Assembly (NCBI RefSeq): GCF_000015585.1
Contig: NC_008789.1
Span: 840,001 to 872,000 of the forward strand
DNA length: 32,000 nucleotides
Source of the DNA: Halorhodospira halophila SL1
GTDB taxonomy: Bacteria > Pseudomonadota > Gammaproteobacteria > Nitrococcales > Halorhodospiraceae
Direction: 5' to 3'
Positions 1 through 8,127 of this stretch are shown piece after piece; position 1 is the stretch's first letter; each line of letters starts with the position of its first letter. The position numbers and the translations under genes are program-made. The notes beneath the pieces were generated by a model. It was not told the origin of the DNA and did not search any database. It saw only the letters and a program-made list of their open reading frames with translations.

Positions 1-351
1 GAGAAGCCGCTGCTGGTCTATATCGCCCGGACCTACGGCTCCATCGCCGAGGCCGATGTGCGCTATGCTCTGGAGCAGACACGGCCGATTGAGCAAGCGG
101 AGGAGCTGACCATGACCGTCGCCGAGGAGTGGATCCAGCGCGGAAGACAACAGGGCTGGCAAGAGGGCCGGCAAGAAGGCCTGCAAGAGGCCGAGACCCG
201 AGCGTTGCTCCAGCAGATCGAGCTGAAGTTCGGCCAAGCAACCAAGGAGGCCCACCGCCAGCGCGTGGAGCAAGGAACCCCCGAGGAGCTCGAGCGGTGG
301 CTTCGTCGCATCATCACGGCCAATCGGGTCGACGACCTCTTCGACGATTGA
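1..351 (+). CDS. Rpn-family recombination-promoting nuclease / putative transposase, C-terminal part with DUF4351-like tail; 5' end lies outside the window
   Basis: Frame 1 is open from base 1 (EKPLLVYIARTYGSIAEADV precedes the first Met at 58). The tail LTMTVAEEWIQRGRQQGWQEGRQEGLQE...QIELKFG...EELERWLRRIITANRVDDLF matches the Q/E/G-repeat plus 'ELKFG' pattern I recognise from DUF4351 C-termini. Confidence 0.6.
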   Translation, partial: EKPLLVYIARTYGSIAEADVRYALEQTRPIEQAEELTMTVAEEWIQRGRQQGWQEGRQEGLQEAETRALLQQIELKFGQATKEAHRQRVEQGTPEELERWLRRIITANRVDDLFDD

Positions 352-677
352 CGTTCAGAGCCCATAAGCGACTCGCTCGGGAATATTCATCACGGCGCCG
401 CAACGGGCCGCATAGACAGCACCTTATGGGACTGACTCAGGCCGCCCGGCTGTCTCTTCCGTTACCGTTATTGCCTCAGCCACCCCGCGCACCCAAACTC
501 CCCCGCTGGACCGCTCTACCGCCTGTTGGTTGCCCCCACGTAACACCTGTGGTTACATTACCGCTCACAACCTGAACACCCCTGCCGGACGGGCCTGCCC
601 AGGCGTCACCGTCCCGGCGGTAGCGTGCTCGAACGCCCTACCCCGGCCGCGCCGCGGCCCTGATCAAGCGCCCCCGA

Positions 678-1052
678 ATGGACACCGAAGAACTCCACCT
701 GCAGGTGCTGCGCCTGCTCGATGACAACCCGCATCTCAGCCAGCGGCAGATCGCCGGCGAGCTCGGGCTGTCCGTCGGCAAGACGAACTACGCCGTACGC
801 TCGGTGATCGAGCGCGGCTGGGTGAAGGCGCAGAACTTCTCCCACTCCCCGAACAAGCGCCGCTACCTGTACAGGCTCACCCCCGCCGGGGTGAGCGAGA
901 AGGCGCAGCTGGCCTACCGCCACCTGCAGCGCAAGCGCGCCGAGCACGAACGGCTGATGCAGGAGATCGAGCAGCTGCGCGCCGAGGTGGAGGCCGCCGA
1001 CAAGACACCGGCCGCGGACGACGCCCCCACGCGCAACCCGGGCCAGTCCTGA
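678..1052 (+). CDS. MarR-family EPS-associated transcriptional regulator (winged helix)
   Basis: 124 aa. LQVLRLLDDNPHLSQRQIAGELGLSVGKTNYAVRSVIERGWVKAQNF..NKRRYLYRLTPAGVSEKAQL is the winged-HTH pattern of the small EPS-locus MarR regulators. It has a C-terminal coiled-coil-like tail and sits directly upstream of the polysaccharide genes. Confidence 0.8.
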   Translation: MDTEELHLQVLRLLDDNPHLSQRQIAGELGLSVGKTNYAVRSVIERGWVKAQNFSHSPNKRRYLYRLTPAGVSEKAQLAYRHLQRKRAEHERLMQEIEQLRAEVEAADKTPAADDAPTRNPGQS

Positions 1053-1096
1053 CGAACCCGCACACCCACCCACACGAACCGCCCAACGAGACCGCT

Positions 1097-2899
1097 TTGC
1101 TCCAGAAGATCCTCTACCTACTCAGCCCCCAGGAGAAGCGCCGCGGCGCCCTGGTCCTGGTCATGGTCATCCTCATGGCGCTGCTCGAGACCATCGGCGT
1201 CGCCTCGGTGATGCCGTTTCTCAGCGTCCTCGGCAACCCCGAGGTGGTGGAGACCAACGCCGTCCTCGCCAGCCTCTACGACGGCCTGGGCTTCGAGTCG
1301 GTGGACACCTTCCTGATGGCCCTCGGCGCGGCCGCCTTCGCGCTGATCGTCTTCTCGGCGCTGTTTCGCGCGCTGACCATCTACGCCATGAACCGCTGGG
1401 CGCTGATGCGCGTGCACAGCTTCGCGCAGCGCCTGCTCGAGACCTACCTGCGCCAGCCCTACGCCTACTTCCTCGACCACCACAGCGGGGACATGTCGAA
1501 GACCATCCTCTCCGAGGCGCAGCAGGTGGTCGGCCAGGCGATCAAGCCGGCGCTGGAGGCCGTCTCGCACCTGATCGTGGTGCTGGCGCTGATCACCCTG
1601 CTGGTGGTTATCGATCCGGTGCTGGCCCTGGCCGTGGCGGGGGCCCTCGGCGGCACCTACGCGCTGATCTATGTCACCATCCGCGGCTTCCTCGATCGCA
1701 TCGGGCGCGACCGGGTGCGCGCCAACAAAGAGCGCTTCGAGGCCGCCGGCGAGGCCCTCGGCGGGATCAAGGACATCAAGCTGCTCGGCCGCGAGCACAG
1801 CTACCTGCAGCGCTTCCGCGGCCCCTCGGCGCGCTTTGCCAAGCACCAGGCGACCAGCAACGTGCTCTCGCAGGTGCCGCAGTTCCTCATCCAGGCGGTG
1901 GCCATTGGCGGCATGATCGCCCTGACCCTGGTGCTGATGGCCACCCACGGCGGGGCGACCAGCGGGGCGCTCGGCGAAGTGCTGCCGATCCTCGGCCTCT
2001 ACGCCTTCGCCGGCCAACGCATGCTGCCCGCGGCGCAGAAGGTCTATCAGGGCGTGAGCAAGCTGCGCTTCGCCGCCCCCGCGGTGGAGAACCTCTACAA
2101 CGATCTGCTCCACCGCCAGCAGCTCGCCGAGATCCGCAAGCGCGCCCCGCAGCCGCTGCGCCCGCAGCAGGCGATCCGGCTGGAGGACGTCACCTACACC
2201 TACCCCAACGCCGCGCAGCCGGCGCTGCAGGGGATTGACCTGGACATCCCGGTGGGCACCTCGGTGGGGCTGGTGGGCAGCACCGGCGCCGGCAAGACCA
2301 CGCTGGTGGATGTGCTCCTCGGCCTGCTCCGCCCCACCGCCGGGGCGATCACCGTGGACGGCGAGCCGGTGACCGACGCCAACCTGCGCGCCTACCAGCA
2401 GGCGCTGGGCTACGTGCCGCAGGATATCTTCCTCACGGACTCCTCGGTGGCGGAGAACATCGCCCTGGGCGTACCACCCGAGCAGATTGACCACGAGCAG
2501 GTGGCCCGCTGCGCGCGCATGGCACAGGTCCACGCGTTCATCATGGACGAGCTGCCGCAGCAGTACGCCACGGTGGTCGGCGAGCGCGGTGTGCGCCTGT
2601 CCGGCGGTCAGCGCCAGCGCATCGGCATCGCCCGCGCTCTCTACCACGAGCCGGATATCCTCGTCTTCGACGAGGCCACCAGCGCCCTGGATACCGTCAC
2701 CGAGCAGGCGGTCATGGAGGCCATCGAGGCCCTGCACCACCAGAAAACGGTGATCCTCATCGCCCACCGCCTCTCCACCGTGCGCGAGTGCGACCAGGTG
2801 GTGCTGCTGCAGAAAGGGCAGATCACGGCGGCCGGGCAATTTGAGGAGCTGCAGGGGCAGAGTGAGCGGTTCAAGGAGATGGCGAGCGGGTTGTCCTAA
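1097..2899 (+). CDS. ABC exporter, fused transmembrane + ATPase domains (MsbA/PglK-like type I exporter)
   Basis: 600 aa with a TTG start and a hydrophobic N-terminal half. Walker A GSTGAGKTT, ABC signature LSGGQRQR and Walker B ILVFDEATSALD are present, followed by the H-loop IAHRLST. Confidence 0.9.
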   Translation: MLQKILYLLSPQEKRRGALVLVMVILMALLETIGVASVMPFLSVLGNPEVVETNAVLASLYDGLGFESVDTFLMALGAAAFALIVFSALFRALTIYAMNRWALMRVHSFAQRLLETYLRQPYAYFLDHHSGDMSKTILSEAQQVVGQAIKPALEAVSHLIVVLALITLLVVIDPVLALAVAGALGGTYALIYVTIRGFLDRIGRDRVRANKERFEAAGEALGGIKDIKLLGREHSYLQRFRGPSARFAKHQATSNVLSQVPQFLIQAVAIGGMIALTLVLMATHGGATSGALGEVLPILGLYAFAGQRMLPAAQKVYQGVSKLRFAAPAVENLYNDLLHRQQLAEIRKRAPQPLRPQQAIRLEDVTYTYPNAAQPALQGIDLDIPVGTSVGLVGSTGAGKTTLVDVLLGLLRPTAGAITVDGEPVTDANLRAYQQALGYVPQDIFLTDSSVAENIALGVPPEQIDHEQVARCARMAQVHAFIMDELPQQYATVVGERGVRLSGGQRQRIGIARALYHEPDILVFDEATSALDTVTEQAVMEAIEALHHQKTVILIAHRLSTVRECDQVVLLQKGQITAAGQFEELQGQSERFKEMASGLS

Positions 2900-3048
2900 A
2901 CGCCCTCCAACACTCATCAGTCAGAGCCGAGCACATTAGTCAATGAAGCGTCCACGGCTGGTGGCACGACCACCGACACCTCACTGGCACGCCCCAAAAA
3001 CCGATACAAAGGTCTGCTTCTAGACAGCCCCGAATGAGGACACCGCAA

Positions 3049-3184
3049 CCCGGATAATTCACGACAGGCAGGGAGATAGATTGGCGTAGCGCCGGATACC
3101 TTGGATAATCATGGAGTTGGAGACTACACGAGCCAGAGCCGACGCTACGCCAACCTATTTGCCGCCTGTCGTGAATTATCCGGG
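3049..3184. repeat. Long imperfect palindrome (nested stems) in the leader of the murA-like gene
   Basis: cccggataattcacgacaggc (3049-3069) is the perfect reverse complement of gcctgtcgtgaattatccggg (3164-3184). Nested inside, ttggcgtagcg (3081-3091) pairs perfectly with cgctacgccaa (3143-3153). Confidence 0.85.
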
Positions 3185-3202
3185 CCCAAGAGGACTTATG
3201 TT

Positions 3203-4501
3203 TTGAATGTGGATCCCTTTACGGCGAGTGTTCCAAAAGAGAACAACGGCGGTTATCTCAAAATTCTACCTGCACGTTTGAGTGGTACGGTGCGGCTATC
3301 GGGAGCCAAGAACGCCGCCTTGCGTCATTTAGCTGCCAGCTTGCTCACTGATGAACCAGTGATTCTTAATAATTTCCCCGCCAGCCTGCTAGATGCGAAG
3401 ATTCACGTCGAGATGCTGGAGCGCTTGGGCAAACGTGCGGCATTACGAAAACAAGACTGCATCATCTTGAGCCAATTAACGCCTTCAACATCACGGTTAG
3501 AATGGACAGGCCGATCGATTCGAAACACGCTGTTGATCCTGGGTGCATTAGTCGCACGTACCGGGGCTGGCGCGGTTCCCTTGCCAGGGGGTTGTAAGCT
3601 GGGTGAGCGGAAGTACGACCTGCATGTTAGTGTACTCGAGAGTCTGGGGGCTACTGTCTGGGAAGAAGACGATACACTTTGCGCCGAGGCCCCTCAAGGC
3701 TTAACAGGCATGGATATCCACTTACGTATTCGCTCAACAGGAGCGACCGAGAACGCAATTCTGTGTGGCACCTTGGCCCGTGGTGTCACTCGCATCTGGA
3801 ATCCACATATCCGACCAGAGATCCTCGACCTGATCGAACTACTGCGCAAAATGGGCGCACACATTCGCGTTTTTGGCCAGGAGCACATCGAAGTGACGGG
3901 TGTAGAGGGCCTCGGCGGTGCAGAGCATACGGTTATCGCAGACAATATGGAGGCTATAACTTGGCTGGTTGGGGCTGCGATTTCTGGCGGCGATGTGGAG
4001 ATTGAGGGTTTTCCGATTTCAGACATGGAAGTAGTACTTGCTCATTTGAAATCCGCGGGCGCGAAGATCTATCAAGGTGCCGGATCGGTCATTGTGCGGG
4101 GAGGCCCATGCTACCCGCTGGAAATCAGCACCGGACCGCACCCCGGGATCAATTCTGATGTGCAACCGATCCTTGCGGCATGGGCAGCCCATGCTAAGGG
4201 TGAGTCGCGCATCATCGATTTACGTTTTCCAGGGCGCTATGCCTATGCGGAAGAACTGGCTCGTATGGGTCTTTGCCACCAATTACATGGCGATATGTTG
4301 CTGATCTATGGTAATGGCGGCGGGCTGCACGGGGCTGAAGTACGGGCACTTGACTTACGTGCAGGTGCCGCACAAGTACTGTGCGGCCTGACGGCAGAAG
4401 GCGAGACCGTGATCCACGATGCGTGGCAACTTCTCCGGGGTTATGACCGTTTTGCTGAAAAACTAGCAGCATTGGGTGTGGAGTGCTGGTGGAAGAATTG
4501 A
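3203..4501 (+). CDS. UDP-N-acetylglucosamine 1-carboxyvinyltransferase homologue (MurA-like enolpyruvyl transferase, EPSP-synthase fold)
   Basis: LKILPARLSGTVRLSGAKNAALRHLAASLLTDEPVILNNFP aligns with the MurA N-terminus. The catalytic-Cys loop PLPGGCKLGERKYDLH is present (Cys codon at 3593-3595). The ORF is open from 3101, but MurA homology starts later. I chose TTG 3203 because AAGAGGA (3188-3194) sits 8 nt upstream; GTG 3209 is an alternative. Confidence 0.85.
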   Translation: MNVDPFTASVPKENNGGYLKILPARLSGTVRLSGAKNAALRHLAASLLTDEPVILNNFPASLLDAKIHVEMLERLGKRAALRKQDCIILSQLTPSTSRLEWTGRSIRNTLLILGALVARTGAGAVPLPGGCKLGERKYDLHVSVLESLGATVWEEDDTLCAEAPQGLTGMDIHLRIRSTGATENAILCGTLARGVTRIWNPHIRPEILDLIELLRKMGAHIRVFGQEHIEVTGVEGLGGAEHTVIADNMEAITWLVGAAISGGDVEIEGFPISDMEVVLAHLKSAGAKIYQGAGSVIVRGGPCYPLEISTGPHPGINSDVQPILAAWAAHAKGESRIIDLRFPGRYAYAEELARMGLCHQLHGDMLLIYGNGGGLHGAEVRALDLRAGAAQVLCGLTAEGETVIHDAWQLLRGYDRFAEKLAALGVECWWKN

Positions 4502-5430
4502 TCTCGAGCCTCTCGCGTCTCTGTCCTGGCGGGGTGCATAGGAATGTCAGTTTGGCGCAGTTCAGTCGTTGGAAAATCGGTGGAATAGCTGACCTTGTCG
4601 TTGAACCTGGCTCGCTGGAGGAGCTCAGTGCGCTACGTGCCTTCATTTCTCGCGAGGGGTTGGCAAATGTAGTGATCGGTGAGACTTCAAACCTGCTCTT
4701 TGCTGACGAAGGTTTGCGAGCTATATGCATCCGGATTGGATCGAGGCTGGCCAACGTTCAAGTTGATGGTGATGAACTTGTCGCTGATGCTGGTATCTGG
4801 GTGCCGTGTTTCGCGCGCCGAGTTATGCAAGCAGGTCTGACCGGTGCCGAGCACATCTGCGGGATACCTGGAACACTGGGTGGCTTGATCTGCATGAACG
4901 GTGGTAGTCAGGGCAATAACATCGGCACTGCTGTGCTGGCAGTAACAGCAGTTAACAAAGACGGAGTGGCACTGACGTTGAGCCAGAAGGAATGTGGCTT
5001 TGCCTATCGTCGTTCAGTTTTCCAGGAACAAGATTTGGTGATTTCTAAAGCACGTCTGCGCTTTTTACAGATAGAAGAGAAACGTGTCGTACGGCGACAA
5101 ATGTCAGCACTTTTGCATGACCGCAACTGTAAATTTCCACGCAAGAAACCCAACTGTGGATCGGTCTTCAAAAGCAACCCGGCCATGTATGCCGAGTTCG
5201 GTCCGCCAGGTGCAGTGATTGAACGGATGGGCTTCAAGGGTTATCGCATCGGCGATGCGGTGGTCTCGACACAACATGCCAATTTTTTTGTTAACGAGGG
5301 CTCGGCCCGAGCGGCCGACATGCTTCGTCTTATCCGTGAGGTGCGTGAAGCAGTTTATGCTGAATCAGGGCATCAGATGGAAGCTGAAGTCAGGTTCGTG
5401 ACGCAAGAAGGAAGTATCGTATCTGCATGA
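4483..5430 (+). CDS. UDP-N-acetylenolpyruvoylglucosamine reductase homologue (MurB-like, FAD-binding)
   Basis: WKIGGIADLVVEP...NVVIGETSNLLF, GIPGTLGGLICMNGGS, FAYRRSVF, PNCGSVFKSNP and RIGDAVVSTQHANFFVNEGSARAADMLRLIREVREAV are MurB type-II-like motifs. The GTG start overlaps the murA-like stop; TTG 4498 is an alternative start. Confidence 0.85.
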   Translation: MLVEELISSLSRLCPGGVHRNVSLAQFSRWKIGGIADLVVEPGSLEELSALRAFISREGLANVVIGETSNLLFADEGLRAICIRIGSRLANVQVDGDELVADAGIWVPCFARRVMQAGLTGAEHICGIPGTLGGLICMNGGSQGNNIGTAVLAVTAVNKDGVALTLSQKECGFAYRRSVFQEQDLVISKARLRFLQIEEKRVVRRQMSALLHDRNCKFPRKKPNCGSVFKSNPAMYAEFGPPGAVIERMGFKGYRIGDAVVSTQHANFFVNEGSARAADMLRLIREVREAVYAESGHQMEAEVRFVTQEGSIVSA

Positions 5431-5471
5431 TGAAAAAAGGTCCTTTCGCGGATTGATCTTGCCCGCCACCA

Positions 5472-5571
5472 GGGGCCTCTAGAAACCTGCTCTCAGCAAG
5501 TTGGCGCTTCTTGTGGAACAGAGTGAGTTGCGGCGCCTGCTTGCTGGCATTTAGTAGTTTTTAGAGGCCCC
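5472..5571. repeat. About 100-nt imperfect palindrome / long stem-loop downstream of the murB-like gene
   Basis: ggggcctcta (5472-5481) pairs with tagaggcccc (5562-5571), extendable to 14/15 with gaaac/gtttt. The inner stem cagcaagttggcgc (5494-5507) pairs with gcgcctgcttgctg (5533-5546) at 12/14. Confidence 0.75.
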
Positions 5572-5775
5572 ATCAAGCCTGAATAGATAACAGTCGTAGA
5601 ATCAACTTTAAAACACAACACTCATACCCGGAGTGAAGGAGGATGTTGCGATGGGAACACCAGCACCCGAGTAGTGACGAGCGTGCTCTCCCAGGCGGGT
5701 GCCGCGTCACAAATCCGCTCGGGGAACCGGTTATTCAGAACCGACTATTTAAAACCTGTTGTTAAGGAGTTTTTA

Positions 5776-6594
5776 ATGGTAATAAAACGCCCTCTGAGTC
5801 ACAGCTTAAAGCACAAAATTTTACGTCGCCACAACCCTCAATATGATCGGTGGCTAAAATCTTCTCAAAAAAATGTCGCACTTCTTCCTATACCGAAAAA
5901 CGCTAACACATGGCTAACATCAATTTTTCTGGTCAATCATGCTCCGTCATCAGGTTTTGACCCAATGCATGAAACGCCTTCTAGTTTTTTAAGAAAACAA
6001 CCTAGCATGTCTCCTAGGGTAAGTTCTTTTAATGAAATTATGGAAGATGCCACCCAGAAACTAATCGTTTTAAGAGACCCCAAAAAAAGGCTTGTAAGCG
6101 GCTTTTATGATAAACTTGTAAAAAAACATCAGAAAAACCCTAAATATAGTGAAGAGGTTGCTGCAGAGGCAGAAAAAGAAACGGGTAGCATTACTTTTTT
6201 AGATTTTCTGTCTTTTTTATCAAAAGTCCCAAAGTACCGGCTGAACTTCCATTTTTTGCCACAATATTTTTGGGTTGATTATTACGGTGAAGATTTTTTT
6301 AATAAAATTGGAACATTAGAAGACATAGAAGACATAGAAGCATACCTCAAAAACGAAGGTTTTGACATTTCGTTAGGCGGTGCGACTAACCTTCATTCTG
6401 GCATTCAAAAGAAAACAAATTACGCTTCAGAAGTTATCGATTGTACCAAAGCAACAATTGAAGATCTAAGCCGGTTAACATATCCCCCGCATTATTTGTC
6501 TTTTTTTGGCGAAAGTGAATGTCGCCTGTTTGAAGCCATGTACCAAAGAGATGTCGAAATTCATAAAAAATATTTTTGTCCTGAATCGACTTAA
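5776..6594 (+). CDS. Sulfotransferase (carbohydrate sulfotransferase, Sulfotransfer_2-like)
   Basis: 5'-PSB-like LLPIPKNANTWLTS and 3'-PB-like LIVLRDPKKRLVSGFYDKL are present, then FHFLPQYFWV. ATG 5776 is preceded by AAGGAG (5764-5769). The ORF is open from 5674, but that extension lacks an RBS. The coding sequence is AT-rich. Confidence 0.75.
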   Translation: MVIKRPLSHSLKHKILRRHNPQYDRWLKSSQKNVALLPIPKNANTWLTSIFLVNHAPSSGFDPMHETPSSFLRKQPSMSPRVSSFNEIMEDATQKLIVLRDPKKRLVSGFYDKLVKKHQKNPKYSEEVAAEAEKETGSITFLDFLSFLSKVPKYRLNFHFLPQYFWVDYYGEDFFNKIGTLEDIEDIEAYLKNEGFDISLGGATNLHSGIQKKTNYASEVIDCTKATIEDLSRLTYPPHYLSFFGESECRLFEAMYQRDVEIHKKYFCPEST

Positions 6595-6657
6595 TGCGAA
6601 TAGCCGTGAAAACACTAATGTACTTTGAAATCTTAACAACAACAGGAAGAGAGCTTA

Positions 6658-7587
6658 ATGTTTAGGCCTAGTCCACATAGTCACGTAGACGTTTTTACTA
6701 TTTGGCATAATAGGTGCGATCATGTTTTTGAGTCTATGTGTTCAATAATTTTTCAAAATTTCGCCAACTATCGAATCATTGCGGTAGATGACGGTTCAGT
6801 GGACGGCACAGGTGAGATGCTAGAGTCAGCAAAAGAGAAAGCTGCAGGTAACAACCTCGAAATGCTTGTTTGGAGAAAAAAAAACGAAGGATTCACGGTT
6901 TCACTGATTCAGGCAATCGAGCGTTATGGACAAGGTGATTTCTTTGCCTTGCACGGTGCAGGAGATTTTTCTTATCCGGATCGGTTGGCAATGCAATATG
7001 ACTTGGCCGAAAGAGAAGGGTGCTCGGTAGTAGGGTCCTGGATTAACGTTAGGAGTTTAAAACAAGACACAAAAAAAACACGCAAACCTACCAAAAAGCA
7101 AACTCGAAACCCTTTTGCCTACCAAAGACCAAAACCCGGCTCCCATGGTTCTGCTTTGATAAGAGCTGACTTATACCACAGAGCAGGGGGCTATAGACCT
7201 GAGTTCACGTATGCGCAAGATGCCGATCTTTGGCTACGAATTAGCAAACTTGCGCCAATAATGAATGTACAAAAAGTATTATACGAAAAAAAAGTATTTG
7301 ATGGATGTGTTTCATCCGACAGAAACAAAAAAAAAGCCCAAAAAAATTTCTACCTCGTGGCATTACAGTCTGCAATGAGCGTCGACTTGACGAATCACGA
7401 TGTTGTTGACGGTTTATGCGAACAAAATGTGGCCGAATACGTTAATAGTGATGTTGAGGCAGCGAATAGGTGCTTGAACCCGAAAGCTAAGCCCCCCCTC
7501 CCTCTTTTAACGCGGGTAGCCATTCCCATCTACAGACGGATAAAATCCGCCGTTTTACACCTTAGGGCGTACGCATATCACGGTTGA
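6658..7587 (+). CDS. Glycosyltransferase family 2
   Basis: FQNFANYRIIAVDDGSVDGTGEMLE is the GT-A nucleotide-binding region. A later acidic motif (YAQDADLWLR) is present. AT-rich, with several A8-A9 runs. Confidence 0.7.
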   Translation: MFRPSPHSHVDVFTIWHNRCDHVFESMCSIIFQNFANYRIIAVDDGSVDGTGEMLESAKEKAAGNNLEMLVWRKKNEGFTVSLIQAIERYGQGDFFALHGAGDFSYPDRLAMQYDLAEREGCSVVGSWINVRSLKQDTKKTRKPTKKQTRNPFAYQRPKPGSHGSALIRADLYHRAGGYRPEFTYAQDADLWLRISKLAPIMNVQKVLYEKKVFDGCVSSDRNKKKAQKNFYLVALQSAMSVDLTNHDVVDGLCEQNVAEYVNSDVEAANRCLNPKAKPPLPLLTRVAIPIYRRIKSAVLHLRAYAYHG

Positions 7588-8077
7588 CAACTGGTTTCGG
7601 ATCATTCAGTGCGCCCAGAACGCGCGGTTCACCAGTTGAGCAAGGTTCTACCCAGGCAGTAGCCGGTTTGAGCTAGTAGCTGACGAACGGTGCCGAGGCC
7701 TGACCGAAAATCAATATTCGAATTTGTCCGGTGAACAGCAACTTGGCCTGCGACAAGCTCACCCATCTGACCCCCTGTCTGTCAACCTGGAGCCATACAA
7801 CCCTTGCATGGGTTAACGTAGATTTCAGGGCCACGACAGCAGGAGCAGAAGGATGCCCACCCGGATTATTCATCGTTGGAACAGCCTGAAACCAATATGT
7901 CCCTTTGTATCAACAAGATATAAAGCGCCTGCCTGGCACCTCAGCTGCACCTCTTGGGTGAAGCTGAGGCTGGGCCTCGGGACTCGGCAGGTTGTTGATG
8001 ATAAAGGACATGAATTGTCCCTCTCGCTCTCTTCATGTTGGGTAGACCGGCTGGTCGCCCAGCCGGCCCCCCGATGA

Positions 8078-8110
8078 GAACCGCTCGTGCCGATTTCCAG
8101 CAAGCGGCTC
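8078..8110 (-). ncRNA. Group II intron domain V (catalytic hairpin)
   Basis: The minus strand reads GAGCCGCUUGCUGGAAAUCGGCACGAGCGGUUC. The basal stem is GAGCCGCU/AGCGGUUC and contains the AGC triad. There is a 2-nt CG bulge and a distal stem capped by a GAAA-containing loop. Compare the consensus GAGCCGUAU...GAAA...ACGUACGGUUC. Confidence 0.85.
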
Positions 8111-8127
8111 CGCGAGTGATGGTTTCG

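Noticed and set aside
129-1086. Overlapping ORFs in the first kilobase (129-575 +, 530-724 +, 606-1073 -, 877-1086 -).
   Set aside because: They are Pro/Arg/Ala-rich shadow frames that overlap the Rpn-like and MarR-like genes or the GC-rich intergenic region. They carry no motifs and no RBS.
1118-2917. 599-aa ORF antisense to the ABC exporter. Similar long antisense ORFs occur at 15358-16506, 17110-17670 and 18581-19798.
   Set aside because: The products are low-complexity and Arg/Gly/Ala/His-rich with no recognisable motifs, and each lies opposite a strongly supported gene. This is the usual stop-codon-poor shadow frame of GC-rich DNA.
3101-3202. The upstream 34 codons of the murA-like ORF (TTG 3101 start given in the ORF track).
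   Set aside because: This stretch lies inside the 136-nt palindrome and has no MurA homology. A good RBS precedes TTG 3203, and starting there gives a MurA-typical length of about 430 aa.
5674-5775. N-terminal extension of the sulfotransferase ORF (GTG 5674 start in the ORF track).
   Set aside because: The extension is GC-rich non-homologous sequence upstream of the composition switch. ATG 5776 has a canonical AAGGAG 6 nt upstream.
7588-8034. Short ORFs (7673-7873 -, 7853-8077 +, 7870-8103 -) and an 8-bp stem hairpin (about 7939-7969) in the gap between the GT2 gene and the intron end.
   Set aside because: I found no recognisable protein motifs. The hairpin lacks a T-tract and lies on the 3'-exon side of the intron, so it is not the class-C-type insertion motif. 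The gap is left unannotated as probable degraded target DNA.
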